Notes under the pieces: generated by a model | The model's input: the letters and a program-made list of their open reading frames with translations, nothing else | Told to the model about the DNA's origin: nothing | The model's database searches: none | Translations under genes and position numbers: made by a program | NCBI GenBank assembly: GCA_964016885.1 | Contig: OZ024744.1 | Span: 101,370,001-101,434,000 of the forward strand | Direction of reading: 5' to 3' | Origin: Eledone cirrhosa | Lineage: Eukaryota | Length of the DNA: 64,000 nt | Part shown: positions 18,501-33,500 of the stretch, piece after piece | Layout of the letters: each line of letters begins with the position of its first letter | Position numbering within the stretch: position 1 is the first letter of the stretch

Positions 18501-21500
18501 TGGTCATGTAGGTGTCATGACAAAAAACTGCCAGTACTCATTGTAAAGTGGTCTTGTAGGTGTCTTGACAAAAAAGCACCCAGTACTCACTGTAAAGTGG
18601 TCATGTAGGTGTCATGAGAAAAAGCACCCAGTAATCACTGTAAAGTGGTCATGTAGGTGTTATGACAAAAAGCTCTCTGCCCACACTGTAAAGTGGTCAT
18701 GTAGGTGTCATGGCAAAAAGCACCCAGTACTCACTGTAAAGTGGTCATGTAGGTGTCACGAGAAAAAGAACCCAGCTCACACTATAAAGTGGTCATGTAG
18801 GTGCCATTTCAAAAGGCACCCAGAACTCACTGTAAAGTGGTCATGTAGGTGTCATGGCAAAAAGCACACAGTACTCACTGTAAAGTGGTCATGTAGGTGT
18901 CATGAGAAAAAGCACCCAGCCCATACTGTAAAGTGGTCATGTAGGTATCATTTCAAAAAGCACCCAGTACTCACTGTTAAGTGGTCATGTAGGTGTCATG
19001 GCAAAAATCTCCCAGTACTCACTGTAAAGTGGTCATGTAGGTGTCATGAGAAAAAGCACCCAGTACTCACTGTAAAGTGGTCATGTAGGAGTCATTTCAA
19101 AAATCTCTCAGCCCACACTGTAAAGTAGTCATGTAGGTGTCATTTCAAAAAGCACCCCGTACTCAATGTAAAGTGGTCATGTAGGTGTCATGGCAAAAAT
19201 CACCCAGTACTCACTGTAAAGTGGTCATGTAGGTGTCATTTCAAAAAGCACCCAGTACTCACTGTAAAGTGGTCATGTGGATGTCATGACAAAAAGCACC
19301 CAGTAGTCACACTGTATAGTGGTCATGTAGGTGTCATGCAAAAAGCACCCAGACCACACTGTAAAGTGGTCATGTAGGTGTCATGACAAAAAGCACCCAG
19401 CCCATACTGTAAGGTAGTCGTGTAGGTGTCATGACAAAAAGCACCCAGTCCACACTGTAAAGTGGTCATGTAGGTGTCATGACAAAAAGCTCTCAGTCCA
19501 TACTGTAAAGTGGTCATGTAGGTGACCACACAAAAAGTACCCATTCCACACTGTAAAGTGGTCATATAGCTGTCATTAGAAAAAGCACCCAGTACTCACT
19601 GTAAAAGTGGTCATGTAGGTGTCATAACAAAAAACAGCCAGTACTCACTGTAAAGTGGTCTTGTAGGTGTCTTGACAAAAAGCACCCAGTACTCACTGTA
19701 AAGTGGTCATGTAGGTGTCATGAGAAAAAGCACCCAGTCCAAAACTGTAAAGTGGACATGTAGGTGTCATGACAAAAAGCTGCCAGTCCATACTGTAAAG
19801 TGGTCATGTAGGTGACATGACAAAAATTACCCAGTCCATACTGTAAGGTAGTCGTGTAGGTGTCATGACAAAAAGCACCCAGTCCACACTGCAAAGTGGT
19901 CATGTAGGTGTCATGACAAAAAGCACACAGTACTCACTGTAAAGTGGTCATGTAGGTGTCATGGCAAAAATATCCCAGTACTCACTGTTAAGTGCTCATG
20001 TAGGTGTCATGGCAAAAATCTCCCAGTACTCACTGTAAAGTGGTCATGTAGGTGTCATGAGAAAAAGCACCCAGTACTCACTGTAAAGTGGTCATGTAGG
20101 TGTCATTTCAAAAAGCACCCAGTACTCACTGTAAAGTGGTCATGTAGATGTCATGACAAAAAGCACCCAGTAGTCACACTGTATAGTGGTCATGTAGGTG
20201 TCATAACAAAAAGCACCCAACCCACACTGTAAAGTGGTCATGTAGGTGTCATGACAAAAAGCACCCAGGACTCACTGTAAAGTGGTCATGTAGGTGTCAA
20301 GCAAAAAGCACTCAGACCACACTGTAAAGCGGTCATGAAGGTGTCATGACAAAAAGCACCCAGCCCATACTGTAAGGTAGTCGTGTAGGTGTCATGACAA
20401 AAAGCCCCCAGTCCACACTGCAAAGTGGTCATGTAGGTGTCATGACAAAAGCACACAGTACTCACTGTAAAGTGGTCATGTAGGTGTCATGACAAAAAGC
20501 ACCCAGTCCACACTGTAAAGTGGTCATGTAGGTGTCATGACAAAAAGCTCTCAGTCCATACTGTAAAGTGGTCATGTAGGTGACCACCAAAAAGTACCCA
20601 GTCCACACTGTAAAGTGGTCATATAGCTGTCATTACAAAAAGCACCCAGTACTCACTGTAAAAGTGGTCATGTAGGTGTCATAACAAAAAACAGCCAGTA
20701 CTCACTGTAAAGTGGTCTTGTAGGTGTCTTGACAAAAAGCACCCAGTACTCACTGTAAAGTGGTCATGTAGGTGTCATGAGAAAAAGCACCCAGTCCACA
20801 CTGTAAAGTGGACATGTAGGTGTCATGACAAAAAGCTGCCACTCCATACTGTAAAGTGGTCATGTAGGTGACATGACAAAAAGCACCAGGTCCACACTGT
20901 AAAGTGGTCATGTAGGTGTCAAGCAAAACGCACCTAGTCCACACTGTCAAGTGGTCATGTAGATATCATGACAAAAAGCACTTAATCCACACTGTAAAGA
21001 GGTCATGTAGGTGTCATGACAAAGAGCACCCAGTCGACACTGTAAAGTGGTCATGTAGATGTCATGACAAAAACACCCAGTCCACACTGTAAAGTGGTCA
21101 TGTAGGTGTCATCATAAAAAGCACCCAGTCCACACTCTAAAGTGGTCATGTAGATGTCATGACAAAAAGCAGCCAGTCCACACTGTAAAGTGGTCATGTA
21201 GGTGTCATGTCAAAAAGCACCCATTACTTTACTGTAAAGTGGTCATCTAGGCCTCATGACAAAAAGCACCAAGTACTCACTGTAAAGTGGTCATGTAGGT
21301 GTCATTTCAAAAAGCACCCACGACTCACTGTAAAGTGGTCATGTAGGTGTCATGGCAAAAATCACCCATTACTCACTGTAAAGTGGTCATGTAGGTGTCA
21401 TGAGAAAAAGCACCCAGTACTCACTGTAAAGTTGTCATGTAGGTGTCATGACAAAAAGCTCTCAGCCCACACTGTAAAGTGGTCATGTAGGTGTCATTTC

Positions 21501-24500
21501 AAAAAGCACCCAGTACTCACTGTAAAGTGGTCATGTAGGTGTCATGGCAAAAAGCACCCAGTACTCACTGTAAAGTGGTCATGTAGGTGTCATGAGAAAA
21601 AGCACCCAGCCGACACTGTAAAGTGGTCATGTAGATGTCATTTCAAAAAGCACCCAGTACTCACTGTAAAGTGGTCGTGTAGGTGTCATGGCAAAAAGCA
21701 TCCAGTACTCACTGTAAAGTGGTCATGTAGGTGTCATTTCAAAAAGCACCCAGTACATACTGTAAAGAGGTCATGTAGGTGTCATGGCAAAAAGCACCCA
21801 GTACTCACTGTAAAGTGGCCATGTAGGTGTCATGAGAAAAAGCACCCAGCCCACATTGTAAAGTGGTCATGGAGGTGTCATTTCAAAAAGCACCCAGTAC
21901 TCACTGTAAAGTGGTCATGTAGGTGTCATGGCAAAAAGCAACCAGTACTCACTGTAAAGTGGTCATGTAGGTGTCATGGTAAAAAGCACCCAGTACTCAC
22001 TGTAAAGTGGTCATGTAGGTGTCATGAGAAAAAGCACCCAGCCCACACTGCAAAGTGGTCATGTAGATGTCATGACAAAAAGCACCCAGTACACACTGTA
22101 AAGTGGTCATGTAGGTGTCATGACAAAAAGCACCCATTACTCACTGTAAAGTGGTCATGTAGATGGCATGACAAAAAGCACCCAGTAGTCACACTGTATA
22201 GTGGTCATGTAGGTGTCATGACAAAAAGCACCCAACCCACACTGTAAAGTGGTCATGTAGGTGTCATGTAAAAAAGTACCCAGTGCACACTGCAAAGTGG
22301 TCATGTAGGTGTCACGAAAAAAGACCCCAGGACTCAGTGTAAAGTGGTCATGTAGGTATCATGCAAAAAGCACCCAGACCACACTGTAAGGTGGTCATGT
22401 AGGTGTCATGACCAAAAGCACCCAGCCCATACTGTAAGGTAGTCAAGTAGGTGTCATGACAAAAAGCAGACAGTACTCACTGTAAAGTGGTCATGTAGGT
22501 GTCATGACAAAAAACACCCAGACCACACGGTAAAGTGGTCATGTAGGTGTCATGAAAAAAAGCTCTCAGTCCATACTGTAAAGTGGTCATGTAGGTGACC
22601 ACACAAAAAGTACCCAGTCCACACTGTAAAGTGGTCATATAGCTGTCATTACAAAAAGCTCCCAGTACTCACTGTAAAGTGGTCATGTAGGTGTCATAAC
22701 AAAAAACAGCCAGTACTCACTGTAAAGTGGTCTTGCAGGTGTCTTGACAAAAAGCACCCAGTCCACACTGTAAAGTGGACATGTAGGTGTCATGACAAAA
22801 AGCTGCCAGTCCATACTGTAAAGTGGTCATGTAGGTGACATGCAAAAAGCACCAGGTCCACACTGTAAAGTGGTCATGTAGGTGTCAGGCAAAACGCACC
22901 TTGTCCACACTGTAAAGTGGTCATGTAGATATCATGACAAGAAGCACCTAATCCACACTGTAAAGTGGTCATGTAGGTGTCATGACAAAAAGCACCCAGT
23001 CGACACTGTAAAGTGGTCGTGTAGATGTCATGACAAAAAACACCCAGTCCACACTGTAAAGTGGTCATGTAGGTGTCATGATAAAAAGCACGCAGTCCAC
23101 ACTGTAAAGTGGTCATGTAGATGTCATGACAAAAAGCAGCCAGTCCACACTGTAAAGTGGTCATGTAGGTGTCATTTCAAAAAGCACCCACGACTCACTG
23201 TAAAGTGGTCATGTAGGTGTCATTTCAAAAAGCACCCAGTACTCACTGTAAAGTGGTCATGTAGGTGTCATGTCAAAAAGCGCCCAGTACTCACTGTAAA
23301 GTGGTCATGTAGGTGTCATGACAAAAAGCTCTAAGCCCACACTGTAAAGTGGTCATGTAGGTGTCATTTCAAAAAGCACCCAGTACTCACTGTAAAGTGG
23401 TCATGTAGGTTTCATGGCAAAAATCACCCAGTACTCACTGTAAAGTGGTCATGTAGGTGTCATGAGAAAAAGCACCCAGTACTCACTGTAAAGTGGTCAT
23501 GTATGTGTTATGACAAAAAGCTCTCAGCCCACACTGTAAAGTGGTCATGTAGGTGTCATTTCAAAAAGCACCTAGTACTCACTGTAAAAGTGGTCTTGTA
23601 GGTGTCTTGACAAAAAGCACCCAGTACTCACTGTAAAATCGCCATGTAGGTGTCATGAGAAAATGCACCCAGTCCACACTGTGAAGTGGACATGTAGGTG
23701 TCATGACAAAAAGCTGTCAGTCCATACCGTAAAGTGGTCATGTAGGTGTCATTTCAAAAAGCACCCAGTACTCACTGTAAAGTGGTCATTTAGGTGTCAT
23801 GGCAAAAAGCACCCAGTACTCACTGTAAAGTGGTCATGTAGGTGTCATGCAAAAAGCACCCAGACCACATTGTAAAGTGGTCATGTAGGTGTCATGACAA
23901 AAAGTTCTCATCTCACACTGTAAAGTGGTCATGTAGGTGTCATTTCAAAAAGCACCCAGTACTCACTGTAAAAGTTGTCTTGTAGGTGTCTTGACAAAAA
24001 CACCCATTATTCACTGTAAAGTGGCCATGTAGGTGTCATGAGAAAAAGCACCCAGCCCACATTGTAAAGTGGTCATGGAGGTGTCATTTCAAAAAGCACC
24101 CAGTACTCACTGTAAAGTGGTCGTGTAGGTGTCATGGCAAAAAGCATCCAGTACTCACTGTAAAGTGGTCATGTAGGTGTCATTTCAAAAAGCACCCAGT
24201 ACACACTGTAAAGTGGTCATGTAGGTGACATGGCAAAAAGCACCCAGTACTCACTGTAAAGTGGTCATGTAGGTGTCATGAGAAAAAGCACCCAGCCCAC
24301 ACTGCAAAGTGGTCATGTAGGTGTCATGACAAAAAGCACACAGTACTAACTGTAAAGTGGTCATGTAGGTGTCATTACAACAAGCTCCCAGTACTCACTG
24401 TAAAAGTGGTCATGTAGGAGTCATGACAAAAAACAGCCAGTACTCACTGTAAAGTGGTCTTGTATGTGTCATGAGAAAAAGCACACTGTACTCACTGTAA

Positions 24501-27500
24501 AGTGGTCATGTAGGTGTCATGAGAAAAAGCACCCAGCCCACACTGTAAAGTGATCATGTAGGTGTCATTTCAAAAAGCACCCAGTACTCACTGTAAAGTG
24601 GTCATGTAGGTGTCATGGCAAAAATCTCCCAGTACTCACTGTTAAGTGGTCATGTAGGTGTCATGGCAAAAATCTCCCAGTACTCACTGTAAGGTGATCA
24701 TGTAGGTGTCATGAGAAAAAGAACCCAGTACTCACTGCAAAGTGGTCATGTAGGTGTCATTTCCAAAAGCTCTCAGCCCACACTGTAAAGTGGTCATGTA
24801 GATGTCATTTCAAAAAGCACCCAGTACTCACTGTAAAGTGGTCATGTATGTGTCATGGCAAAAATCAGCCAGTACTCACTGTAAAGTGGTCATGTAGGTG
24901 TCATTTCAAAAAGCACCCAGTACTCACTGTAAAGTGGTCATGTAGACGTCATGACAAAAAGCACCCAGTAGTCACACTGTATAGTGGTCATGTAGGTGTC
25001 ATAACAAAAAGCACCCAACCCACACTGTAAAGTGGTCATGTAGGTGTCATGACAAAAAGCACCCAGGACTCACTGTAAATTGGTCATGTAGGTGTCATGC
25101 AAAAAGCACCCAGACCACACTGTAAAGTGGTCATGTAGGTGTCATGACAAAAAGCACCCAGCCCATACTGTAAGGTAGTCGTGTAGGTGTCATGACAAAA
25201 AGCCCCCAGTCCACACTGCAAAGTGGTCATGTAGGTGTCATGACAAAAGCACACAGTACTCACTGTAAAGTGGTCATGTAGGTGTCATGACAAAAAGCTC
25301 TCAATCCATACTGTAAAGTGGTCATGTAGGTGACCAACAAAAAGTACCCAGTCCACACTGTAAAGTGGTCATATAGCTGTCATTACAAAAAGCACCCAGT
25401 ACTCACTGTAAAAGTGGTCATGTAGGTGTCATAACAAAAAACAGCCAGTACTCACTGTAAAGTGGTCTTGTAGGTGTCTTGACAAAAAGCACCCAGTACT
25501 CACTGTAAAGTGGTCATGTAGGTGTCATGAGAAAAAGCACCCAGTCCACACTGTAAAGTGGACATGTAGGTGTCATGACAAAAAGCTGCCAGTCCATACT
25601 GTAAAGTGGTCATGTAGGTGACATGACAAAAAGCACCAGGTCCACACTGTAAAGTGGTCTTGTAGGTGTCAAGCAAAACGCACCTAGTCCACACTGTAAA
25701 GTGGTCATGTAGATATCATGACAAAAAGCACCTAATCCACACTGTAAAGAGGTCATGTAGGTGTCATGACAAAGAGCACCCAGTACACACTGTAAAGTGG
25801 TCATGTAGGTGTCATGGCAAAAAGCACCCAGTACTCACTGTAAAGTGGTCATGTAGGTGTCATGAGAAAAAGCACCCAGCCCACACTGCAAAGTGGTCAT
25901 GTAGGTGTCATTTCAAAAACCACCCAGTAGACACTGTAAAGTGGTCATGTAGGTGTCATGGCAAAAAGCACCCAGTACTCACTGTAAAGTGGTCATGTAG
26001 GTGTCATGAGAAAAAGCACCCAGCCCACACTGCAAAGTGGTCATGTAGATGTCATGACAAAAAGCACCCAGTACACACTGTAAAGTGGTCATGTAGGTGT
26101 CATGACAAAAAGCACCCATTACTCACTGTAAAGTGGTCATGTAGATGTCATGACAAAAAGCACCCAGTAGTCACACTGTATAGTGGTCATGTAGGTGTCA
26201 TGACAAAAAGCACCCAACCCACACTGTAAAGTGGTCATGTAGGTGTCATGTAAAAAAGTACCCAGTGCACACTGCAAAGTGGTCATGTAGGTGTCATGAC
26301 AAAAAGACCCCAGGACTCAGTGTAAAGTGGTCATATAGGTGTCATGCAAAAAGCACCCAGACCACACTGTAAGGTGGTCATGTAGGTGTCATGACCAAAA
26401 GCACCCAGCCCATACTGTAAGGTAGTCATGTAGGTGTCATGACAAAAAGCAGACAGTACTCACTGTAAAGTGGTCATGTAGGTGTCATGACAAAAAACAC
26501 CCAGACCACACGGTAAAGTGGTCATGTATGTGTTATGACAAAAAGCTCTCAGCCCACACTGTAAAGTGGTCATGTAGGTGTCATTTTAAAAAGCACCCAG
26601 TACTCACTGTAAAAGTGGTCTTGTAGGTGTCTTGACAAAAAGCACCCAGTACTCACTGTAAAATCGCCATGTAGGTGTCATGAGAAAAAGCACCCAGTCC
26701 ACACTGTAAAGTGGTCATGTAGGTGTCATGCAAAAAGTTCTCATCTCACACTGTAAAGTGGTCATGTAGGTGTCATTTCAAAAAGCACCCAGTACTCACT
26801 GTAAAAGTTGTCTTGTAGGTGTCTTGACAAAAACACCCAGTATTCACTGTAAAGTGGCCATGTAGGTGTCATGAGAAAAAGCACCCAGCCCACATTGTAA
26901 AGTGGTCATGGAGGTGTCATTTCAAAAAGCACCCAGTACTCACTGTAAAGTGGTCGTGTAGGTGTCATGGCAAAAAGCATCCAGTACTCACTGTAAAGTG
27001 GTCATGTAGGTGTCATTTCAAAAAGCACCCAGTACACACTGTAAAGTGGTCATGTAGGTGTCATGGCAAAAAGCACCCAGTACTCACTGTAAAGTGGTCA
27101 TGTAGGTGTCATGAGAAAAAGCACCCAGCCCACACTGCAAAGTGGTCATGTAGGTGTCATTTCAAAAACCACCCAGTAGACACTGTAAAGTGGTCATGTA
27201 GGTGTCATGGCAAAAAGCACCCAGTACTCACTGTAAAGTGGTCATGTAGGTGTCATGAGAAAAAGCACCCAGCCCACACTGCAAAGTGGTCACGTAGATG
27301 TCATGACAAAAAGTACCCAGTACACACTGTAAAGTGGTCATGTAGGTGTCATGACAAAAAGCACCCATTACTCACTGTAAAGTGGTCATGTAGATGTCAT
27401 GACAAAAAGCACCCAGTAGTCACACTGTATAGTGGTCATGTAGGTGTCATGACGAAAAGCACCCAACCCACACTGTAAAGTGGTCATGTAGGTGTCATGT

Positions 27501-30500
27501 AAAAAAGTACCCAGTGCACACTGCAAAGTGGTCATGTAGGTGTCATGACAAAAAGACCCCAGGACTCAGTGTAAAGTGGTCATGTAGGTGTCATGCAAAA
27601 AGCACCCAGACCACACTGTAAGGTCGTCATGTAGGTGTCATGACCAAATGCACACAGCCCATACTGTAAGGTAGTCATGTAGGTGTCATGACAAAAAGCA
27701 GACAGTACTCACTGTAAAGTGGTCATGTAGGTGTCATGACAAAAAACACCCAGACCACACGGTAAAGTGGTCATGTAGGTGTCATGAAAAAAAGCTCTCA
27801 GTCCATACCGTAAAGTGGTCATGTAGGTGACCACACAAAAAGTACCCAGTCCACACTGTAAAGTGGTCATATAGCTGTCATTACAAAAAGCTCCCAGTAC
27901 TCACTGTAAAAGTGGTCATGTAGGTGTCATAACAAAAAACAGCCAGTACTCACTGTAAAGTGGTCTTGTAGGTGTCTTGACAAAAAGCACCCAGTCCACA
28001 CTGTAAAGTGGACATGTAGGTGTCATGACAAAAAGCTGCCAGTCCATACTGTAAAGTGGTCATGTAGGTGACATGCAAAAAGCACCAGGTCCACACTGTA
28101 AAGTGGTCATGTAGGTGTCAAGCAAAACGCATCTAGTCCACACTGTAAAGTGGTCATGTAGATATCATGACAAGAAGCACCTAATCCACACTGTAAATTG
28201 GTCATGTAGGTGTCATGACAAAAAGCACCCAGTCGACACTGTAAAGTGGTCATGTAGATGTCATGACAAAAAACACCCAGTCCACACTGTAAAGTGGTCA
28301 TGAAGGTGTCATGATAAAAAGCACCCAGTCCACACTGTAAAGTGGTCATGTAGATGTCATGACAAAAAGCAGCCAGTCCACACTGTAAAGTGGTCATGTA
28401 GATGTCATGACAAAAAACACCCAGTCCACACTGTAAAGTGGTCATGTAGATGTCATGACAAAAAGCACACAGTACACACTGTAAAGTGTTCATGTAGGTG
28501 TCATGACAAAAAAGACCCAGACCACACTGTAAAGTGGTCATGTAGGTGTCATGACAAAAAGTTCTCATCCCACACTGTAAAGTGGTCATGTAGGTGTCAT
28601 TTCAAAAAGCACCCAGTACTCACTGTAAAAGTTGTCTTGTAGGTGTCTTGACAAAAAGCACCCAGTATTCACTGTAAAGTGGCCATGTAGGTGTCATGAG
28701 AAAAAGCACACAGCCCACATTGTAAAGTGGTCATGGAGGTGTCATTTCAAAAAGCACCCAGTACTCACTGTAAAGTGGTCGTGTAGGTGTCATGGCAAAA
28801 AGCATCCAGTACTCACTGTAAAGTGGTCATGTAGGTGTCATGGCAAAAAGCACCCAGTACTCACTGTAAAGTGGTCATGTAGGTGTCATTTCAAAAAGCA
28901 CCCAGTACTCACTGTAAAGTGGTCATGTAGGTGTCATGGCAAAAAGCACCCAGTACTCACTGTAAAGTGGTCATGTAGGTGTCATGAGAAAAAGCACCCA
29001 GCCCACACTGCAAAGTGGTCATGTAGATGTCATGACAAAAAGCACCCAGTACACACTGTAAAGTGGTCATGTAGGTGTCATGACAAAAAGCACCCATTAC
29101 TCACTGTAAAGTGGTCATGTAGATGACATGACAAAAAGCACCCAGTAGTCACACTGTATAGTGGTCATGTAGGTGTCATGACAAAAACACCCCAGGACTC
29201 AGTGTAAAGTGGTCATGTAGGTGTCATGCAAAAAGCACCCAGACGACACTGTAAGGTGGTCATGTAGGTGTCATGACCAAAAACACCCAGCCCATACTGT
29301 AAGGTAGTCATGTAGGTGTCATGACAAAAAGCAGACAGTACTCACTGTAAAGTGGTCATGTAGGTGTCATGACAAAAAACACCCAGACCACACGGTAAAG
29401 TGGTCATGTAGGTGTCATGAAAAAAATCTCTCAGTCCATACCGTAAAGTGGTCATGTAGGTGACCACACAAAAAGTACCCAGTCCACACTGTAAAGTGGT
29501 CATATAGCTGTCATTACAAAAAGCTCCCAGTACTCACTGTAAAAGTCGTCATGTAGGTGTCATAACAAAAAACAGCCAGTACTCACTGTAAAGTGGTCAT
29601 GTAGGTGTCTTGACAAAAAGCACCCAGTCCACACTGTAAAGTGGATATGTAGGTATCATGACAAAAAGCTGCCAGTCGATACTGTAAAGTGGTCATATAG
29701 GTGACATGCAAAAAGCACCAGGTCCACACTGTAAAGTGGTCATGTAGGTGTCAAGCAAAACGCACCTAGTGCACACTGTAAAGTGGTCATGTAGATGTCA
29801 TGACAAAAAACACCCAGTCCACACTGTAAAGTGGTCATGTAGGTGTCCTGATAAAAAGCACCCAGTCCACACTGTAAAGTGGTCATGTAGATGTCATGAC
29901 AAAAAGCAGCCAGTCCACACTGTAAAGTGGTCATGTAGATGTCATGACAAAAAACACCCAGTCCACACTGTAAAGTGGTCATGTAGATGTCATGACAAAA
30001 AGCACACAGTACACACTGTAAAGTGGTCATGTAGGTGTCATGCAAAAAGCACCCAGACCACACTGTAAAGTGGTCATGTAGGTGTCTTGACAAAAAGCAC
30101 CCAGTCCACACTGTAAAGTGGACATGTAGGTGTCATGACAAAAAGCTGCCAGTCGATACTGTAAAGTGGTCATATAGGTGACATGCAAAAAGCACCAGGT
30201 CCACACTGTAAAGTGGTCATGTAGGTGTCAAGCAAAACGCACCTAGTGCACACTGTAAAGTGGTCATGTAGATGTCATGACAAAAAACACCCAGTCCACA
30301 CTGTAAAGTGGTCATGTAGGTGTCCTGATAAAAAGCACCCAGTCCACACTGTAAAGTGGTCATGTAGATGTCATGACAAAAAGCAGCCAGTCCACACTGT
30401 AAAGTGGTCATGTAGATGTCATGACAAAAAACACCCAGTCCACACTGTAAAGTGGTCATGTAGATGTCATGACAAAAAGCACACAGTACACACTGTAAAG

Positions 30501-33500
30501 TGGTCATGTAGGTGTCATGCAAAAAGCACCCAGACCACACTGTAAAGTGGTCATGTAGGTGTCATGACAAAAAGTTCTCATCTCACACTGTAAAGTGGTC
30601 ATGTAGGTGTCATTTCAAAAAGCACCCAGTACTCACTGTAAAAGTTGTCTTGTAGGTGTCTTGACAAAAAGCACCCAGTATTCACTGTAAGGTGGTCATG
30701 TAGGTGTCATGACCAAAAGCACCCAGCCCATACTGTAAGGTAGTCATGTAGGTGTCATGACAAAAAGCAGACAGTACTCACTGTAAAGTGGTCATGTAGG
30801 TGTCATGGCAAAAAGCACCCAGTACTCACTGTAAAATGGTCATGTAGGTGTCATGAGAAAAAGTACCCAGCCCACACTGCAAAGTGGTCATGTAGATGTC
30901 ATGACAAAAAGCACCCAGTACACACTGTAAAGTGGTCATGTAGGTGTCATGACAAAAAGCACCCATTACTCACTGTAAAGTGGTCATGTAGATGTCATGA
31001 CAAAAAGCACCCAGTAGTCACACTGTATAGTGGTCATGTAGGTGTCATGACAAAAAGACCCCAGGACTCAGTGTAAAGTGGTCATGTAGGTGTCATGGCA
31101 AAAAGCACCCAGACCACACTGTCAGGTGGTCATGTAGGTGTCGTGACCAAAAACACCCAGCCCATACTGTAAGGTAGTCATGTAGGTGTCATGACAAAAA
31201 GCAGACAGTACTCACTGTAAAGTGGTCATGTAGGTGTCATGACAAAAAACACCCAGTCCACGCTGTAAAGTGGTCATGGATGTGTCATTTCAAAAAGCTC
31301 CCAGTACTCACTGTAAAAGTGGTCATGTAGGTGTCATAACAAAAAACAGCCAGTACTCACTGTAAAGTGGTCTTGTAGGTGTCATGACAAAAAGCTGCCA
31401 GTCCATACTGTAAAGTGGTCATGTAGGTGACATGCAAAAAGCACCAGGTCCACACTGTAAAGTGGTCATGTAGGTGTCAAGCAAAACGCACCTAGTCCCA
31501 CACTGTAAAGTGGTCATGTAGATATCATGACAAGAAGCACCTAATCCACACTGTAAAGTGGTCATGTAGGTGTCATGACAAAAAGCACCCAGTCGACACT
31601 GTAAAGTGGTCATGTAGATGTCATGACAAAAAACACCCAGTCCACACTGTAAAGTGGTCATGTAGGTGTCATGATAAAAAGCACCCAGTCCACACTGTAA
31701 AGTGGTCATGTAGATGTCATGACAAAAAGCAGCCAGTCCACACTGTAAAGTGGTCATGTAGATGTCATGACAAAAAACACCCAGTCCACACTGTAAAGTG
31801 GTCATGTAGATGTCATGACAAAAAGCACACAGTACACACTGTAAAGTGGTCATGTAGGTGTCATGACAAAAAGTTCTCATCTCACACTGTAAAGTGGTCA
31901 TGTAGGTGTCATTTCAAAAAGCACCCAGTACTCACTGTAAAAGTTGTCTTGCAGGTGTCTTGACAAAAAGCACCAAGTATTCACTGTAAAGTGGCCATGT
32001 AGGTGTCATGAGAAAAAGCACCCAGCCCACATTGTAAAGTGGTCATGGAGGTGTCATTTCAAAAAGCACCCAGTACTCACTGTAAAGTAGTCGTGTAGGT
32101 GTCATGGCAAAAAGCATCCAGTACTCACTGTAAAGTGGTCATGTAGGTGTCATTTCAAAAAGCACCCAGTACTCACTGTAAAGTGGTCATGTAGGTGTCA
32201 TGAGAAAAAGCACCCAGCCCACACTGCAAAGTGGTCATGTAGATGTCATGACAAAAAGCACCCAGTACACACTGTAAAGTGGTCATGTAGGTGTCATGTA
32301 AAAAAGTACCCAGTGCACACTGCAAAGTGGTCATGTAGGTGTCATGACAAAAAGACCCCAGGACTCAGTGTAAAGTGGTCATGTAGGTGTCATGCAAAAA
32401 GCACCCAGACCACACTGTAAGGTGGTCATGTAGGTGTCATGACCAAAAGCACCCAGCCCATACTGTAAGTTAGTCATGTAGGTGTCATGACAAAAAGCAA
32501 ACAGTACTCACTGTAAAGTGGTCATGTAGGTGTCATGACAAAAAACACCCAGACCACACGGTAAAGTGGTCATGTATGTGTCATGAAAAAAAGCTCTCAG
32601 TCCATACTGCAAAGTGGTCATGTAGGTGACCACACAAAAAGTACCCAGTCCACACTGTAAAGTGGTCATATAGCTGTCATTACAAAAAGCTCCCAGTACT
32701 CACTGTAAAACTGGTCTTGTAGGTGTCATAACAAAAAACCTACAGTACTCACTGTAAAGTGGTCTTGTAGGTGTCTTGACAAAAAGCACCCAGTCCACAC
32801 TGTAAAGTGGACATGTAGGTGTCATGACAAAAAGCTGCCAGTCCAAACTGTAAAGTGGTCATGTAGGTGACATGCAAAAAGCACCAGGTCCACACTGTAA
32901 AGTGGTCATGTAGGTGTCAATCAAAACGCACCTAGTCCACACTGTAAATTGGTCATGTAGATATCATGACAAGAAGCAACTAATCCACACTGTAAAGTGG
33001 TCATGTAGGTGTCATGACAAAAAGCACCCAGTCGACACTGTAAAGTGGTCATGTAGATGTCATGACAAAAAGCACCCAGCCCACATTGTAAAGTGGTCAT
33101 GGAGGTGTCATTTCAAAAAGCACCCAGTACTCACTATAAAGTGGTGGTGTAGGTGTCATGGCAAAAAGCATCCAGTACTCACTGTAAAGTGGTCATGTAG
33201 ATGTCATGACAAAAAACACCCAGTCCACACTGTAAAGTGTTCATGTAGGTGTCATGATAAAAAACACCCAGTCCACAGTGTAAAGTGGTCATGTAGATGT
33301 CATGACAAAAAGCAGCCAGTCCACACTGTAAAGTGGTCATGTAGATGTCATGACAAAAAACACCCAGTCCACACTGTAAAGTGGTCATGTAGATGTCATG
33401 ACAAAAAGCACACAGTACACACTGTAAAGTGGTCATGTAGGTGTCATGCAAAAAGCACCCAGACCACACTGTAAAGTGGTCATGTAGGTGTCATGACAAA